A stretch of DNA of 64,000 nt from Camelus ferus (GCF_009834535.1 NC_045704.1:36766001-36830000); one strand, 5' to 3'; numbered from the stretch's first letter, positions 13,329 through 32,484 are shown. Notes: generated by a model not told the origin, from the letters alone. Program-made: numbers and translations.

Positions 13329-13369
13329 GGGATTAATTGGTGGCAGCAGGGCTGTGTGCAAAGGATTAG
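13329..13369 (-). promoter_or_regulatory. CNGB1 proximal promoter with two CRX/OTX2 (K50 homeodomain) sites
   Basis: GGGATTA at 13329-13335 and GGATTAG at 13363-13369 read as TAATCC on the minus strand, just upstream of exon 1 of a rod gene. Confidence 0.7.
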
Positions 13370-14189
13370 GACGTGCTGAACAGGGTGGGGAGGTGGCGGT
13401 GGAAAAGAGGAGATTGATGCAAAGAGAGCAGGCAGCAAACCCCCAGGGGGCAGGAGGGATCTGGGCCCCAGGGAAGGAGCCCCACATGGCCCTGGTCTGG
13501 TACACCATGAGCTCCTAGGGGACCTGGTTCCCCACACGCCTTGGCCAACCCACAGGGTTTACTGGTGGAGAATAACAGCCCGGAGTCCCCACCTGGTTCT
13601 GGGAGACTCTCAGGGTGGCAGGGGCTTGTCAACTCTCAGTCAGCAGTGGCAGGAGGCACACCCAGCTCTCCAGCCCCAGTGCAGGGACTCAAGCCGAGTC
13701 CCTCTGTCCCAGAATTCTCTGCAGCTTGGGCAAGGCCTCAGCAGCTCCTTCCTGTGGATCTGCCAGAGTGACTGTGGTCCCAGGGCCAGGCCTTTAGGGA
13801 GGATCCAAGGACTGACATTGGAGCTGGCCCCCTGAACTGAGGTCTGACCCTGGAGGGGTGTAGACAGGGAGACAGGGAGAGGGACAGAGGCCCAGCATGT
13901 AAAGGGGCTCGGTGAGGTGACAGTACCTGGGTGGGGGCCAGGCAGTGTTGATCAGCAGAGGGGCAGGGACTTGACTTGATCATCTACATTTCCTATGTGC
14001 CGGGCAGCGTGCCAGCTTTGGCACACTGAGAAAGACAGACATATGACCTGTCCTCACGGAGCTTACATTACAATGTAGGATTCAGAAATTAAAAAGATTA
14101 ACAATAAATAAAGAAATATTGCAAATATGCTGGGCACCGTGAAACAAACACAGAGGGCAGAGACCTGTGTGAGGTGCAGGGGAGCAGGG

Positions 14190-14545
14190 GTAGGCATAGT
14201 GTGGAGCATTTTTGTGTCTGGTTTCTTTCATTTAGCATAATGTTTTTGATGATCATCCACATTGTAGCATGTATCTGCACTTCTTTTCTTTTTTTTGATT
14301 CCCAAGAGTATTTCATGGTACAGATACACCACAGTCTGTTTATCTCTACACTAGTCAATGGATGCTAACGTTGTTTCCACTTTGGGGCTATTATAAAATC
14401 CTGCTATGAACATCTGCATGCAAGTCTTTGTGTGGACATACATTTTCATTTCTCTTGGGATGATTCCTTGGGATAGAATTGCTGGGTCATATAGTAAATT
14501 TATGTTTCACATTTTAAGAAACTGCTACACTGTTTTGCAAAGTAG
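14190..14545 (-). mobile_element. L1M 3' fragment
   Basis: TTTCATTTAGCATAATG...GCTATGAACATC...TTTCATTTCTCTTGG...AATTGCTGGGTCATA...TTTTAAGAAACTGC. Confidence 0.75.
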
Positions 14546-16439
14546 TACTTATGTCTTGGTCTGACTGGTAGATATATGAGGGTCTTACTTTATAAATTAT
14601 GAGTTACATTATACATTTTTGCATTTTCTATATTTTATATTTTTAACTTTAAAGGAGTTTAAAGGTTTTATTTTTTAAACTCTTAAAGTTAAAAATACAT
14701 TGGGGTTGGATGGCAAATGAGGTCAACCCTAGAAAAGTTTTTGGTAAGGGATGGGACTTGGAGATGCTGCTCTGGGGCTGTATGGAGCACTGGAGGAAGA
14801 GCAAAGCCTGCCTGGAAGCAGCACTGGAAGATGAGCAACTAGGGAGCCAAATCCTACAGGAACCTCATAGTAGGGGTCCCCGGGCCCATCAGGCTCAGCA
14901 CCTGGGCAGGTGTATGCAAAGCATATGCCAATATATGCAAATGAGTTAGAGTCTCCCCAAGGTTTCCTCACCTGGAGGGTCCATCTCCATGGTTGTGGCC
15001 AGGGTGGTTGGCAGGCCCAGGGTTTAGGGGTGCAGCGCTTAGGCCCTCGTGATCTTGCTTTTTTGGGAAGGCAGAAGGGAGGCTGCAGGCCTGCAGAGGG
15101 CTGGGGGTGGAGTATCACCTGCTAATCCCTGTCCTGCTGAGGCCACCACTCTCCCTGATCCCCTTATGCTGACCCCAGATCCTGCCAGCCACTAATCTCC
15201 ACCCCTAGAGACCCAAGGACTAGTTGGTAGGGCAGTGCCCTCTTTCCTGAGGTTTGTAAGGAGGGGAGTGCCCTTTCAGCTCATAGACACCCCTCATGGG
15301 GGCCCAGGGCCCTTGCCTAACACAAATGGGAGCTTTGAGGCCCAGTGAGAGACAATAACTAGTCTAAGGTCACAGAGCCTGCCCTGGCGAGTCCGGGTAT
15401 AGCCACCCCCTGGGACCCCATCCCCCTGTCTGATATTTCCCAGCATGCCCAGCATGTGCTGAGGCCTGGGAGACAGCAACCTTCAGGAAGGCTGAAAGAG
15501 GAGGCCAGTGCAAGGACCCTCCAGCAGCAGGCTCTTCCCCTAGGAGCCTGCGGTTGCCAGGGTAGCCGAGGAGCGAGTGCCCTCACAATCAGGCTGCCAT
15601 GGGCATTGTCTCTGCAGAATGTTCCTTTATTCTTCTACTGTCTCATAAGGCACTGGCGCTCGGCCCATCTCCCTGCATCTTTTTCCCACTGAGCAGTCAG
15701 AAGAGCAGAAAATTCTTGAAGTCTGTACACGTGGAGCCCATGGCCTGCAGATGAGGTACCACTGTTGGTGGGTCAGGAGCAGGGAGCCCTCCCTTTCCCC
15801 TCCTCCCACTGCCCCACTTCCCCATCCCTCCCCACGCAGGCCCTTCCCTGGTGGCAGTTTCCTCACTCATCACCATGCCCCATCCCCATTTCTTCATGGC
15901 CCAAGGTCCTCTCTCCTCCTGCCCACCTCCATCTCTCACCTCTAACTGGGGTCAGGAAGAAAGCAACCTGACTCAACAGATTCTCGCTAAAGTTTAAAGG
16001 CTAAAGGAAATAAGGCTCTGGGACTACCTGCTTTTTCAAAGGAAGCCCTGGGGAACCAGCCATATTTTTTCTGGTTCATATCTATCATGTCTATCCCCTT
16101 ACTTAAGACTCTTCTATATCTCCCTGTAGAATTTTGAGTAAATACCAGAAACCTCAGCTAAGACCAAAAGTCCATAATTAGTTACCCAGAGGCATATTGA
16201 GCTAAATTCTGAATCCACTTGCTGCTGATGCTTCCTGCTCATTATTGAAGAATAGACACAAATGCCACCTCTTTTAGGCCATTCCCTGAATGCCCCAACC
16301 TCAGCTGCCCCAGACACACACACTCTGTTCTGACCTCTGCCAGAGACCTTAGCACATCCTCTCTGTGTGTGTATTTGAATGGACCCCTCACCATAGCTCC
16401 TGGCACACAGTAGGTGCTCAATAACTGTTGGACAAGTAG

Positions 16440-21956
<5,517 letters not shown>

Positions 21957-22072
21957 TCTGTGAAAAGGAGGCTGACCCCCAGGCTGCCAGATCAGGCTAC
22001 CTCAGGTTCCCCAGCAAGACAGAGGGTGTATGGTGGCAGCACCCATCTTCCTAAGAGTTCAACCTGACTGGA

Positions 22073-22078
22073 AATAAA
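22073..22078 (+). terminator. TEPP polyadenylation signal
   Basis: AATAAA about 117 nt after the TAA stop, followed by a GT-rich tract. Confidence 0.7.
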
Positions 22079-22107
22079 CCTTATGCTCCACAGGGAGGCA
22101 ACACACC

Positions 22108-22109
<2 letters not shown>

Positions 22110-22137
<28 letters not shown>
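22110..22137. repeat. (TG)n microsatellite downstream of the TEPP poly(A) signal
   Basis: Directly visible. Confidence 0.9.
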
Positions 22138-22138
<1 letters not shown>

Positions 22139-25100
22139 CTTACAGGGGCTGGGGGAGGGTCAGGACCTCGGGATGATGATATTTCACTCTTACCTGCCTC
22201 CTGCCAACTCCTGGAGGACTGGTGGGAGGCTGGAAAAGATGTCTGGTGACCCCAGGTAGTCAACATCGAAGCCCCAAGCCCCAGCAAGGGGTAAGGGGCA
22301 GAGGCAGGCCTGGGAATTAGGTTTTCTTTGTGCCCCTATAACCAGGCCCCTTCCACCTCAGACTCTGAACTTGAGCCTTAAAGAGAAAAGAGGGGATCGA
22401 GAAGGATTTTTAGACACCTATCTCAGAAGGCCTTGCCATACCAGTGTACACCGTGGGTCTGGGGTGCCCCTGCAGACGTAGAGAAAGGTCCTGGAATGCT
22501 GGCCAGACCTATGGACTCCATTCCCTGCAAAGCCGAGAAGTAAGATGAGGTGCCTGAGACCACTCAGAGAAGAAACTTTCCTGTTCCCCAAAGCCAAAGA
22601 ACATACCTTGTAAGCAAATAGTTATCTGCTCTGTCCACAGAGCTTTAGGACTAGAACTTATCTGCCAACCAACCGACAGAAAGGAGGCATGATGTCCTGC
22701 AGACAGCCATGGGTGCACCTGGGCCAGGTCCAGAATAACCTTGCCCAAAGCTTTGGGCTAAAGCAGAGTGTCTCAGCGTGGTTGGGGGTTGGAGCAGCCA
22801 GCATCAGCCCTTAGCTCCAGGGCCATCAGATACCCCGCCCCACTCAGCTGTGGCAGTCTGCAAGGACAGACCCAGATCAGGGTGAATGGCCCCCTAGCTC
22901 CAGAACTGGTGGAGCAAGACTTCTGATTCCAGGATCTGGGGCTTCAGGGGTCCATGAATCTCCTGAAATCATGTGCAAAACAATGGGTCTGCCCACACGT
23001 GCATTTTCCATGGAAAGGCTCCTAGTTTTCATTGATGCTCAGAACAGTCAGTGCCCACAAAAGTTAAGAAAACCTGACTTACATCCTCCCTGTCCCCATT
23101 CACCAATATTTACTGAGCACCTAGTGCATGTAAGCCTGGTCTCAGGTGGAAGGAATTTAAAGAATAATACCGGACCCTCACTTCTGGACCTTGTGCTATA
23201 CTTTATCATGTGACCCGTTTTTCTCCTCCAGGCCTCATGCTCCATAAGCACCCTGGAGAGTGAGCAGAACCAAAGCTACCCTATTTCACAGGTGGGAAAA
23301 TTAAGGCCCAGGTCAGGGAAAGCCTCTAGCCAAACCCAGAACCCAGAACTCAAAGCAAGTCCCAGCACTTGGCACAGTGTTTACATATGGTTTGTGTTCA
23401 ATATTTGTAGAATAAGTTATTTCCCAGAATGAGGGTCTTTTGTTCAATCTTGGCTAATAAACAAGGAGATGAGTTGTGTTGTTGTGTGTTATGCAGACGG
23501 AGCCTGCCTTATATACTCGAGGCTGACTTTAATTTCTTTTAGGGGTAGTGGTGAATCATTACCCGTATACGGAGGTGAGGGACCATGGTGTCCATCTCTC
23601 CGTCCTCAGGTATGGGCTCTGCTGACAGCAGGGCAGAAAATAGCATGAGGGGGAGTGGATGGGAAGTGGTAAGCAGGTCAGAGCCCCCTCCTCCTTGGGA
23701 CCCTGTTGAGGAGGTACCCAGCCTCCCACCATTTCATGCAGGAAGGAGTACTTTCTTCCAAGCTGAGAGGCAGTCCCCCTGGATTGAACCTTGGGAAGCC
23801 ATTGGTAGAGCCCCCTGGGGTTCCAGAGCCACATTCTTCAACCCTGAGTGTCCCTTCCAACCTGACAGCTCAGATAGAGATGGATTTGCTTAAGGCTGAT
23901 AGCAGGGATGCTGGAGTCCCGGCCTGTGTGAGACCGGGGCCAGTCAGAGGGCTCCAGAGAGTGTGCTAAGATGCCAGAGGGCATCAGGTGCCTGAGTTTT
24001 CTCCTAGCCCTGCTTCCTTGACACTGAATGACTGGGCAAGTCCCTCTGGGAATTTGACCCAGCAGACATCTGAGGCCTCAACAGGCCCCATGTGGGTGCA
24101 GGAGGGACACAGAGCAGATGCCGTACCTGAGGAGGATAGAGGAGCTTCTAGTCCAGGGGGAGAGAGGCTGACCCAGCTGGCTCAAACCTGAAAGCAGAAA
24201 GTGAGAACATGGGCACACCTAGACCACGTTCCTCAAGCCCAGGAATTTGATTAGGTCCTTAACCACCAGTTGCACATTGAATCCTGATTTCATAGATATA
24301 AAAATGTGTGCCCAAGAATAAAGGAAATGCAGAGAAGATGTGTGAACACGCCTGATTTAGTCTGATTTAGTATACACTTTCTAGGTTTTAAGTGCAAGGC
24401 AATGTATTAAATATTCTAGTCCCCCTGAGGTGGGTAATTTTAACTCACTTAACAGATGATGAAATGAACTCCGAGAGGTTAAGTGACTGGCCCATGGTCA
24501 CACAGCTGGGGACTGGCAGTGCTAGAAATTGAAGCCAGCCTGCCTAACCCCTGAGCCTGTGGCCACCCCACTACCACCTTCCTGCTATGAGAGACGCAAG
24601 CCAAGAGTGGGGAGGAAACCAGTGGGGACATTCAACCGGGGCTTAGAGAGAGAAGATTTTCCACCAGAAAGCTCTCGTGGAGTTGCTGGCAGCAGCAGAC
24701 TCTGCAGATTGAAAATCCCAAGAGAAGGAAAGAAGCCCCGCCTCCACCCCAGCCTGGGCCACAGTCTCCTGGCCTCCAAGTTCCCTCAGCCTCACGGGGC
24801 TCTTTGCTCTCATAGAGAGATCATATTAGAAATCCTCCCTGTGGCCACTGCCTTGGGGACAGCCCAGCCTCCATGGCCTCACCTCCAGGCTTTTCTAACC
24901 TGACTCTAATCCACTATTGGGCACTGACCTGAACCCTATCACCAGTCTCCTTGCTGTTGCAAACACCCCAGGCTCTTGTCTGCCTCCTAACTTTGTTCAA
25001 AGGCTTCTTGCCACCTGAAATTCTTTCTCCATCTCTTCCTACCCAAATCTCACTCTTTCTTCTAGGCTAGCCTCTCTCAAGTCCTCCCTTCTCCCCAGTT

Positions 25101-28100
25101 CTTCCCCAAGACTATGAGGACAGGAACTGTGGCTGCTTCGGGGGACTAACTCATAGCCTGTGGCCCACAGAAGACTCTTGGAAAAAAACTGCACCTGTCA
25201 GTCCCTCTTGCCTCTCTAAGTGAACCTAGGACTCAGGAATGGGGCCTGTGGATTCCCAGAACCAAGGCACAGACCTGGACTAAATGAAACAACTACTACA
25301 AGTGATAGTTGCAATTATTACAAAGTAACACAGGAAACACGTACCCTCGCCCTGGGCCGGGAACTGACAATGGGGAGGATCAGGGACAGAGTAAGGGTCC
25401 CGGCTGAAGGAGGGTGCGTGAGGGTCAGGGAGGACTCTTGCAAGTATTATTCTGTACTAAATATCAGCAGCCTTGACCTTTGGGACCCTACCTTTTAATA
25501 CATGAAAACCTCAAAAGTCTCTCATCTGAAGTTCTAGCTTTAGCTTCAAGCCCTGCCGCACCAGCTCAGTGTCTGGCAAACAGCAGGTGCTCAGGAACAC
25601 TGGTGGATGAACAAAAGCAGGGACGCAGACCCAAGGTGGGGATGGACACACAGACACAGTGAAGAGAGAGACCCCACAGACCCCTTCCTACCCTCCCACC
25701 CCTCCTCTTGACCTCCTTTTCAGGGCCCTGAGGAGGACTGGGCATTCCTGCTGGAATCTTTGTAGATCTATGAAAATCAATAGCGGCCAAAGCTTTTCCT
25801 GGAGGCATGACCTTCAAGGAACAAAGAAAGTATCCGCTTGAGGATGGGAGCTTATCACAGGTGAGCCTGGCCCAGACAGGGAGGCCCTGGGCAAATTTCC
25901 AAGGCCTGAGCAGCCCTTGGTCCTGTCTGGGGCCTGCTCTGCTCTGGAGGAGAGACTGAGGTTGGGGGACTGGAGACAGCCTTGCCTAGGGAGGCTGAGG
26001 CTCTCTACAAAGCTGCCTCTGCACAGATGGAAAGACAGAGCACGGCGGCTCCAATCCCTCAAGGACTTGAGAGCTGCCCAGAGAGCTGGCTGCCCCCTCT
26101 GCCTGCTGGTGAAGACCTTTCCTGCTCCCCTGGCCAGCCCTGGTGCCAGCACCAGTCCCGGCCATTGTTCCTGGCTTCCTGGCCAGCAAAAACCACGTTG
26201 GAGCCAGAGTCCCAGGCTCCAGTGGCTGGAGCTGGAGGCCTGTGAGTTTCAGAGGGCTGGGCAGTCCCACCCCACTGCCTATCCCCCACCTGGTCAGCCC
26301 ATCCTCCAATTCCAGGCCACTCTCATCACCAACTGTATGTCTTTGGGAAGCCCCTGGACTTCTCAAAGGTCAGCACAAAGCAGATCCTCAGGTCTGCCCT
26401 GCCCATCTTATCAAGACGGTATGAGGCTCAAACCAGCTGGTGAATGGGAAAGGTCTTCTGTAGCAGGGGTGGGGAGACACTGACATTCAGACCAGAGAGC
26501 TAGGCTGGCTCCCTCCTGCCTCTGACCTCCCAGTGCTCTGCTTTCCTGAGTGGCCACTACGTGCCAAAGAGTCCACACAGGTCATTTCACTGGGCCCTCA
26601 CCCTAAAGCCCAGTAAAGAACATTACAGTGCCCCCTTCACAGAGGAGGAAAATGAGGGCGATCCAATAACCCTCCCAAAGCTTTGCTGCTGATGAGTGGA
26701 GGGGGTAGGACTCTGGCCAGGCCCAGCGGTGCTCTTAACCACAACAGCACTGCCACTGCCACCATGGTTCACGAGTGCAGGCTCCACTCCCAGATAGCAG
26801 GGTCCCCTCCCACTGTCCTGCTGCAGGGACCGAGCACAGAGCAAGCCACACAGAGGGGGTTTGACAAAGCCAACAGGATGATGGGCTCCCTGGGAAAGTT
26901 GTCTTTGGTGGCCCAGCCTGCCCTGACGATGACTTCTACGACCTGGGAAAATGCTCTTCACCCCCCACCCCCCACCCCAGTGCAGTGCCTCTTTCCCCAG
27001 AAAAGGCGAATTACTGCCTCCCAAATGTGAAGTTTATGCCAGCTTCTCCCTCTCACTTCTCTGGTTCTCATCCAGATGTAACCCCTCACCCAAATTACCA
27101 CACTCCTCCCATCCTGTTAGTGGTTGGGACATAGGGAATGATTCCCCAGAGGCTAGAGAAGACAGCACTAGTTTGTACCCCTGGTCATAATGCCTGAAGT
27201 TCCCCCATGAGAACTCCACACTCTGAGAGAGGAGACTCGCATCAGATACAGGACACAGGGAGCTGTGGGGTTCCTGGGCAGGTGTGTGGGAGAGCTACCT
27301 GTGTGTGTGGCCAGGTGCAGTGGGCAGCTGCTAAAGCCAGTTTATGCTGTTTCTGTCACTTACAATCAAGAGAGACCAGACTGAGACAGGTGGGGAGCAG
27401 ACTGCAGGCCAGGAGAGGCAGGGAGGGGAAATGGAAGCTCAGGTTGATCCTGTCACCTTCCCAGAATCAGAGCGACAGATCTCTAAGGACTCTCAGAGAT
27501 CAAGACCTCTGCTTCAGACAGAATTGAGGCCCTGAGAGGAGCAGAGCCTGCCTGGGACCACATGTTATCAAAGGTCTAAGGCTTGAGCCTGAACACCCAG
27601 GCTCCCAGGCCAGGGCTCCATTCATTGCCCTGATTTGGGCCACGGCTGGGGCCCAAGTGGGAGCCATAAGAGCCCCATTGCTTTGTGAAGGGAGGCAGGG
27701 GTGGGGACAAAGGAAGAAAAAGTCACTGCAGACTCCATGTGAGCTGGTCTGTGCCCAGCCAGGGTTCCTTCTGCCCTGGGCTCACACAGACCATCATCCA
27801 TTCAGGAGGGCACCCTGAAGCTATAAAACACCAAACATCTGCTAGTGTTTTCCAGGCATCTCTGCGAGGGGGGTGGGTTTTGCCTAAGGTCACTCAGCTA
27901 GGAAGGAAGCCTCGATTCAAGTCTGACACAGACACAAGGGGCCCGGGCGTCCTCTGGCTGAGAGGTAGATGCCTGCAGGAAGGAAGCACACAGCTTCCCA
28001 AAGGAAGGGTCCTCCCATGGCCACACACAGAGGAGGAAAGGAACGTGACGTCCAGGTCACATCTGGGGTCCCCCTGGCCTTTCCACTAAGCCTTCTGCAG

Positions 28101-30726
28101 CCAGTTTTGAGCCCCTTCTGGCATGGGAAGCTCCTTGTCCTCCTTCCACCCTCACCTCCATCCCCACCTTCAGGGCAGAGCATCCCTGTTGCCCACCCTC
28201 CATTGGCTCTCAGATGTCCAGGCCTGGAGCGGGGGTTGTTTCTCCCTTCCTCTCCCCACCTCCAGTGTTGCCTTTGAGAAACAGGAGCCTGAATTGCAGT
28301 TGGCACACCGCCGGGCAGGGGTCGGGAGACAGAGGAGGGGTGCAGGAAGGCAGAGATGACGGCGGCTGGGTCGGAAATGTAGATGGATCACCCTGTGACA
28401 GGGCAAGTGGAACGAGGTGAGAGCGGGCAGTCCTCGGGGGCAGCACTTGTAGGCTGCCCAGGCAGGCCCTGGCTTCCCACCGGGGCCGAGCAAGTGCTCA
28501 TGCTTCCCAGGCCCAGGCCCCGGCTTCTGACCACCCATGAGCTGCTGGTCCCTCATGGCCCAGCTCCCTTTACAGGGGCTGTGGTTAAATCCCAAGGAGG
28601 TCAAGAGGTTGCAGCTCGAGGGCCCTAAGTGTCCGGCAGTTGGTACTGGCAGTATTGTCACCCTCCCCACCAGGGCCTCCACATGTGACTCCACTTAACT
28701 CTCACAAGAACAAAGCAAGGCAAAGGTTTAATCTCCCCATTTATAGATGAGGCAACTGAGTCCCAAAGAGACTAAGTGATTTGCCCGAAGTCTCACAACT
28801 AGGATGTTCAAAACTCTGGATTCAGACTCAGCCTTATGTCCCAGTCCTAAGCCTGACACCCTGGCCTGCACACCTCTCTCCCTTTCCACGTCCCAACATT
28901 CCCCTGTATAAGGATGACTGGAACAAGCAGTGTTTTGGTCTGTGAAGGTCAATGTCTTTACTTCTAAAGCATACATTGGACTCACTATATATTAACATCA
29001 AAAGGAGCTATCTAAAATGGAGTCATTCTTTTTAAAAATCCAAATTCCCACATTTTTACATAAGTCCAAAATGGCATGAAATTAAACTATACAATGTTAT
29101 AAACAGTATAACAACTGCTTTTAGAAAGCAAAATGAAAGGAAAAAGTTAACATTTGGGACTGTTGTCAGCCTGGGTTCCATGTCTTTTGAGGCTTTGTGA
29201 CTAAAGCCAGCACCGAGGGGAAGGACCGGCCCTTTCTGCGGACACATGGAGTGACTGGGTCAGACAGAGGAGGTGAATGTGGGCTTTTCAGACTTCCTAA
29301 GGTGAGAGTGGGCAATGCGGGTCTCCCTGCTCCTCTGGGCTCTTGGTATGTGCACTGATTAAAATCTCCTTTCAAGACCCACAACCAGGGAAAGGGGCTG
29401 GAAGAGGGCAGGGGCAGAGCTGGGTTCAAAATAATCATTCTGTTAGTGAAGGTCCTCTGGTGTTCCTGAGGAGAGCCCTGGCCAGCAAGCCATCTACCTA
29501 CTGGTTTCCTTACAACCATCTTCCCCTGCCCATGCCCTATGCCCTGGACACCCTTGTCTCCATGAGCCCTCTGGTAAGCCAGAGACCAAGCGGGTCCCTA
29601 GGAGGACCCAGGAGGGAACACTCTGGCCTCGGAAGTAGCTGAATGTTGTCTAGAGCATCTTGGCAGTGCAAAACCCCTGGAGTCCAGGCCAGCAGCCAGA
29701 CTGATGAGCTGAGAGGGCACTGCAGGGTCAGAGGCCATTCCTACAGCCCTTTCACCTCCCCCAACCCAGGTACCCAGGTACCCAGGCATGGTCTTGGCCC
29801 TGAAGCCGGGCTAGGGTGAGCTGATTACGGCCATGCCTTGAGGCTTTTGTTCACAATTCAAGGAGGAATGACACTTGTTCACATGGGAAGACCATGGGCT
29901 TGGCCCTGTTTCCTTCCAGGCACCAGGTGGTCTAACAATCCCCTTCTCTCACAGCAGCAGTTCTGACTGGCAGAGGGCGCATTCCCCACCGGAACTTGGA
30001 GCCGTGCTTCCAAAACGGTGGGTTTCGCCCTCAGTGTAAAAGCTGCCTTTCCTCCTTTCCCCAGGGATGACACTGTCCCTGGCTGAGTGTCTCATGGGAG
30101 AACTTCTCTACCTCCTCCCTTCTGGCTGGGCCAGCTGCTCTCCAAACAGACCCAACCACACATGTGCAGCCCTGCTGTACGTCTCGCTTGTCAGAAACCT
30201 AGAGAACCTGGCTGAAGCTGACAGAGTGACCTGTGGCTCTCGGTCTGCCCTTCTGGTCCCAGGATGATATCACAAAGCTGGCCATCTCCCTCAAACTTGA
30301 AGGGGGAGCCCTATACCAGCCCACCTCTGGAGCCCAGCCCTCTCCCATGCCCTCCCTACCATGGCCCTCCTCTTTCCTAGCCTATCTGGTTTCTAATTAG
30401 GCTGAAAGGTGTGGGAAGGTTGGGCTAGCACCACCTCCTTCTTGGGGTGGAGAGAGGCCACGTGACTTCCAGCCGGGTTCCAAACCCTCAGAGACAAGGG
30501 AGGCTGACAGCTCTCAAGAAAGTGAATCCTGTATTGGGAAAGAGGTTTGTGGGGTCAGGACCAGCCACAGCACTCTGCTAGCCGCCCTCCAGGCCTGGAC
30601 CTGGAGTGCCAGGCACCCACACCCTCCACCTGCCCAGTGCCCTTTTGTCCTCACTCCCAGGGCCTCAGAACACCGAGCTGGGTGCAGGGAGGCCGGGCTG
30701 GGCCTGGTGTGGGCCGCGGCGTGGAC

Positions 30727-32484
30727 TCAGGGCAGGCAGGCGGCTACCTGGTAGGCGCCCTCGGCCGCGGCGGCGGCGGCGCTGTGCTGCGCGCTGTGCT
30801 CCTGCAGCAGGGCCACGTCCAGAAAGCGCTCGCCACACCACACACACTTGAACTGCTGCTCGCGGGCGTGCACGCCCTGGTGTTTGTTGAGATGCTCGCG
30901 CTGCTTGAAGGCCTTGTCGCAGTTGGGGCACTTATAGGGCTTCTCGCCCGTGTGCACCCGCCGGTGCCGCTGCAGGTCAGAGGCGTACTTGAAGCGCTTC
31001 TCACAGTCCGGGCACTTAAGCGGCTTTTCGCGGGCTGGGTCGCATCGGTGCTGCACGAACTCGGAGGATGAGAAGAAGCGGCGCTCACACAGGGTGCAGC
31101 GCAGGGGCTTCTCTGCGGCCGAGCAGTGGGCCAGCTGGTGCTTCTGCAGGGCCGATGCCCGCTTGTAGGCCTTGTTGCACACTGGGCACTTGAAGGGCCG
31201 TTCGGCCGTGCCCGGCAGGCACTTGTGCCGCAGCAGCTCGGCCGACTGGTCAAAGCCCTTCTGGCACACTGGGCACTTGAAGAGGGTCTCGAGGGTGTGC
31301 ACGTGCTGGTGGTAGAGCAGGTGGCTGGGCTGCCCGAAGCCCTTCTCGCACAGGCCGCACTTGAAGGGCTCCTCCGTCTTGTGCGTGCGCCGGTGCCGCA
31401 TCAGCGCGTACTGCTGCTTGAAGCCCATAGGGCACAGGTCGCACTTGAAGGGCCGCTCGGCGCTGTGCGTGCGCTCGTGCTGCCGCAGGTCCGACGGCCG
31501 CTTGAAGGCCTTCTGGCACTCGCCGCAGCGGAAGGGCCGCTCCCCGCTCGGCGTGCACGGGTGCTGCAGCAGCTCAGAAGACTCCTTGAAGTGCAGCTCG
31601 CACACATTGCAGCGGAACAGGTGGTGCTCGCCCGAGTGCGCGTACATGTGGCGCACCAGGTGAGAGCGGTGCTTGAAGGTCTTCTCGCAGACCGCGCACT
31701 TGTACGGCCGCTCTGAGCTGTGCGTGCGCTTGTGATGCACCAGGTGGGACGACTGGNNNNNNNNNNNNNNNNNNNNNNNNNNNNNNNNNNNNNNNNNNNN
31801 NNNNNNNNNNNNNNNNNNNNNNNNNNNNNNNNNNNNNNNNNNNNNNNNNNNNNNNNNNNNNNNNNNNNNNNNNNNNNNNNNNNNNNNNNNNNNNNNNNNN
31901 NNNNNNNNNNNNGGGGGTGCTGGGGGCAGTGACGGGGCGGCAGTGGCCGCGGCCTCTGCCGCCTCGGCGGGCTTGTAGGTCTTCTCGCAGATGGAACATT
32001 TCACGAGGCCGCCAGTGCCACTGTGTGCGCTGTGGTGCTGCGCCAGCGACGTGAGCAGCGAGAAGCCCATCTTGCAGACGCCACAGACAAAAGGCTTCTG
32101 TTCTGCCTGCACACACTGGTGCTCCAGCAGGTCGGTGGCCTGGTGGAAGATTTTGAGACACTGCGTGCACTGGAACGAGCGGTCGTGGCCCGCCAGGCAC
32201 TGGTGCTCGTGCGGACTGGACAGGTGCGCCAGGTCGTGACCGCACACGCCACACTTGGGGCCCGGCTCTCCTGCTGCCTGCAACGGCGCGTGCTGCGGGG
32301 GCTGCAGGCCTGGGTCGGGCTGCAGGAGGATGCCATAGACCGCACAGCCCAGGGGGTTCTCAGCCGTGCCTGGGGGCAGTGTGTGCTCAGCCAGGGCCGG
32401 CGGTGGTTCCGCGTGGTGCTGCGGCTGCGGTGGCTGCGGCTGCTGCGGCTGTGTCTGTGGCGGCTGCTGCCAGCTTTCCGACAT
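30727..32484 (-). CDS. ZNF319: Zinc finger protein 319 (multi-C2H2, single coding exon, about 585 aa; N-gap 31757-31912)
   Basis: ATG at 32484 gives MSESWQQPPQTQPQQPQ..., many CxxC...HxxxH fingers with TGEKP-like linkers, and ends AEGAYQVAACLP*. The frame is preserved across the gap. Confidence 0.95.
   Translation of the reverse strand: MSESWQQPPQTQPQQPQPPQPQHHAEPPPALAEHTLPPGTAENPLGCAVYGILLQPDPGLQPPQHAPLQAAGEPGPKCGVCGHDLAHLSSPHEHQCLAGHDRSFQCTQCLKIFHQATDLLEHQCVQAEQKPFVCGVCKMGFSLLTSLAQHHSAHSGTGGLVKCSICEKTYKPAEAAEAAATAAPSLPPAPXXXXXXXXXXXXXXXXXXXXXXXXXXXXXXXXXXXXXXXXXXXXXXXXXXXXXQSSHLVHHKRTHSSERPYKCAVCEKTFKHRSHLVRHMYAHSGEHHLFRCNVCELHFKESSELLQHPCTPSGERPFRCGECQKAFKRPSDLRQHERTHSAERPFKCDLCPMGFKQQYALMRHRRTHKTEEPFKCGLCEKGFGQPSHLLYHQHVHTLETLFKCPVCQKGFDQSAELLRHKCLPGTAERPFKCPVCNKAYKRASALQKHQLAHCSAAEKPLRCTLCERRFFSSSEFVQHRCDPAREKPLKCPDCEKRFKYASDLQRHRRVHTGEKPYKCPNCDKAFKQREHLNKHQGVHAREQQFKCVWCGERFLDVALLQEHSAQHSAAAAAAEGAYQVAACLP

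Noticed and set aside
22100-28900. Isolated splice-like motifs and short ORFs between TEPP and ZNF319 (for example about 22605-22700 minus, 23534-23567 plus, 26683-27030 plus)
   Set aside because: They could not be chained into a consistent frame or matched to a known protein, and are expected by chance in GC-rich DNA.
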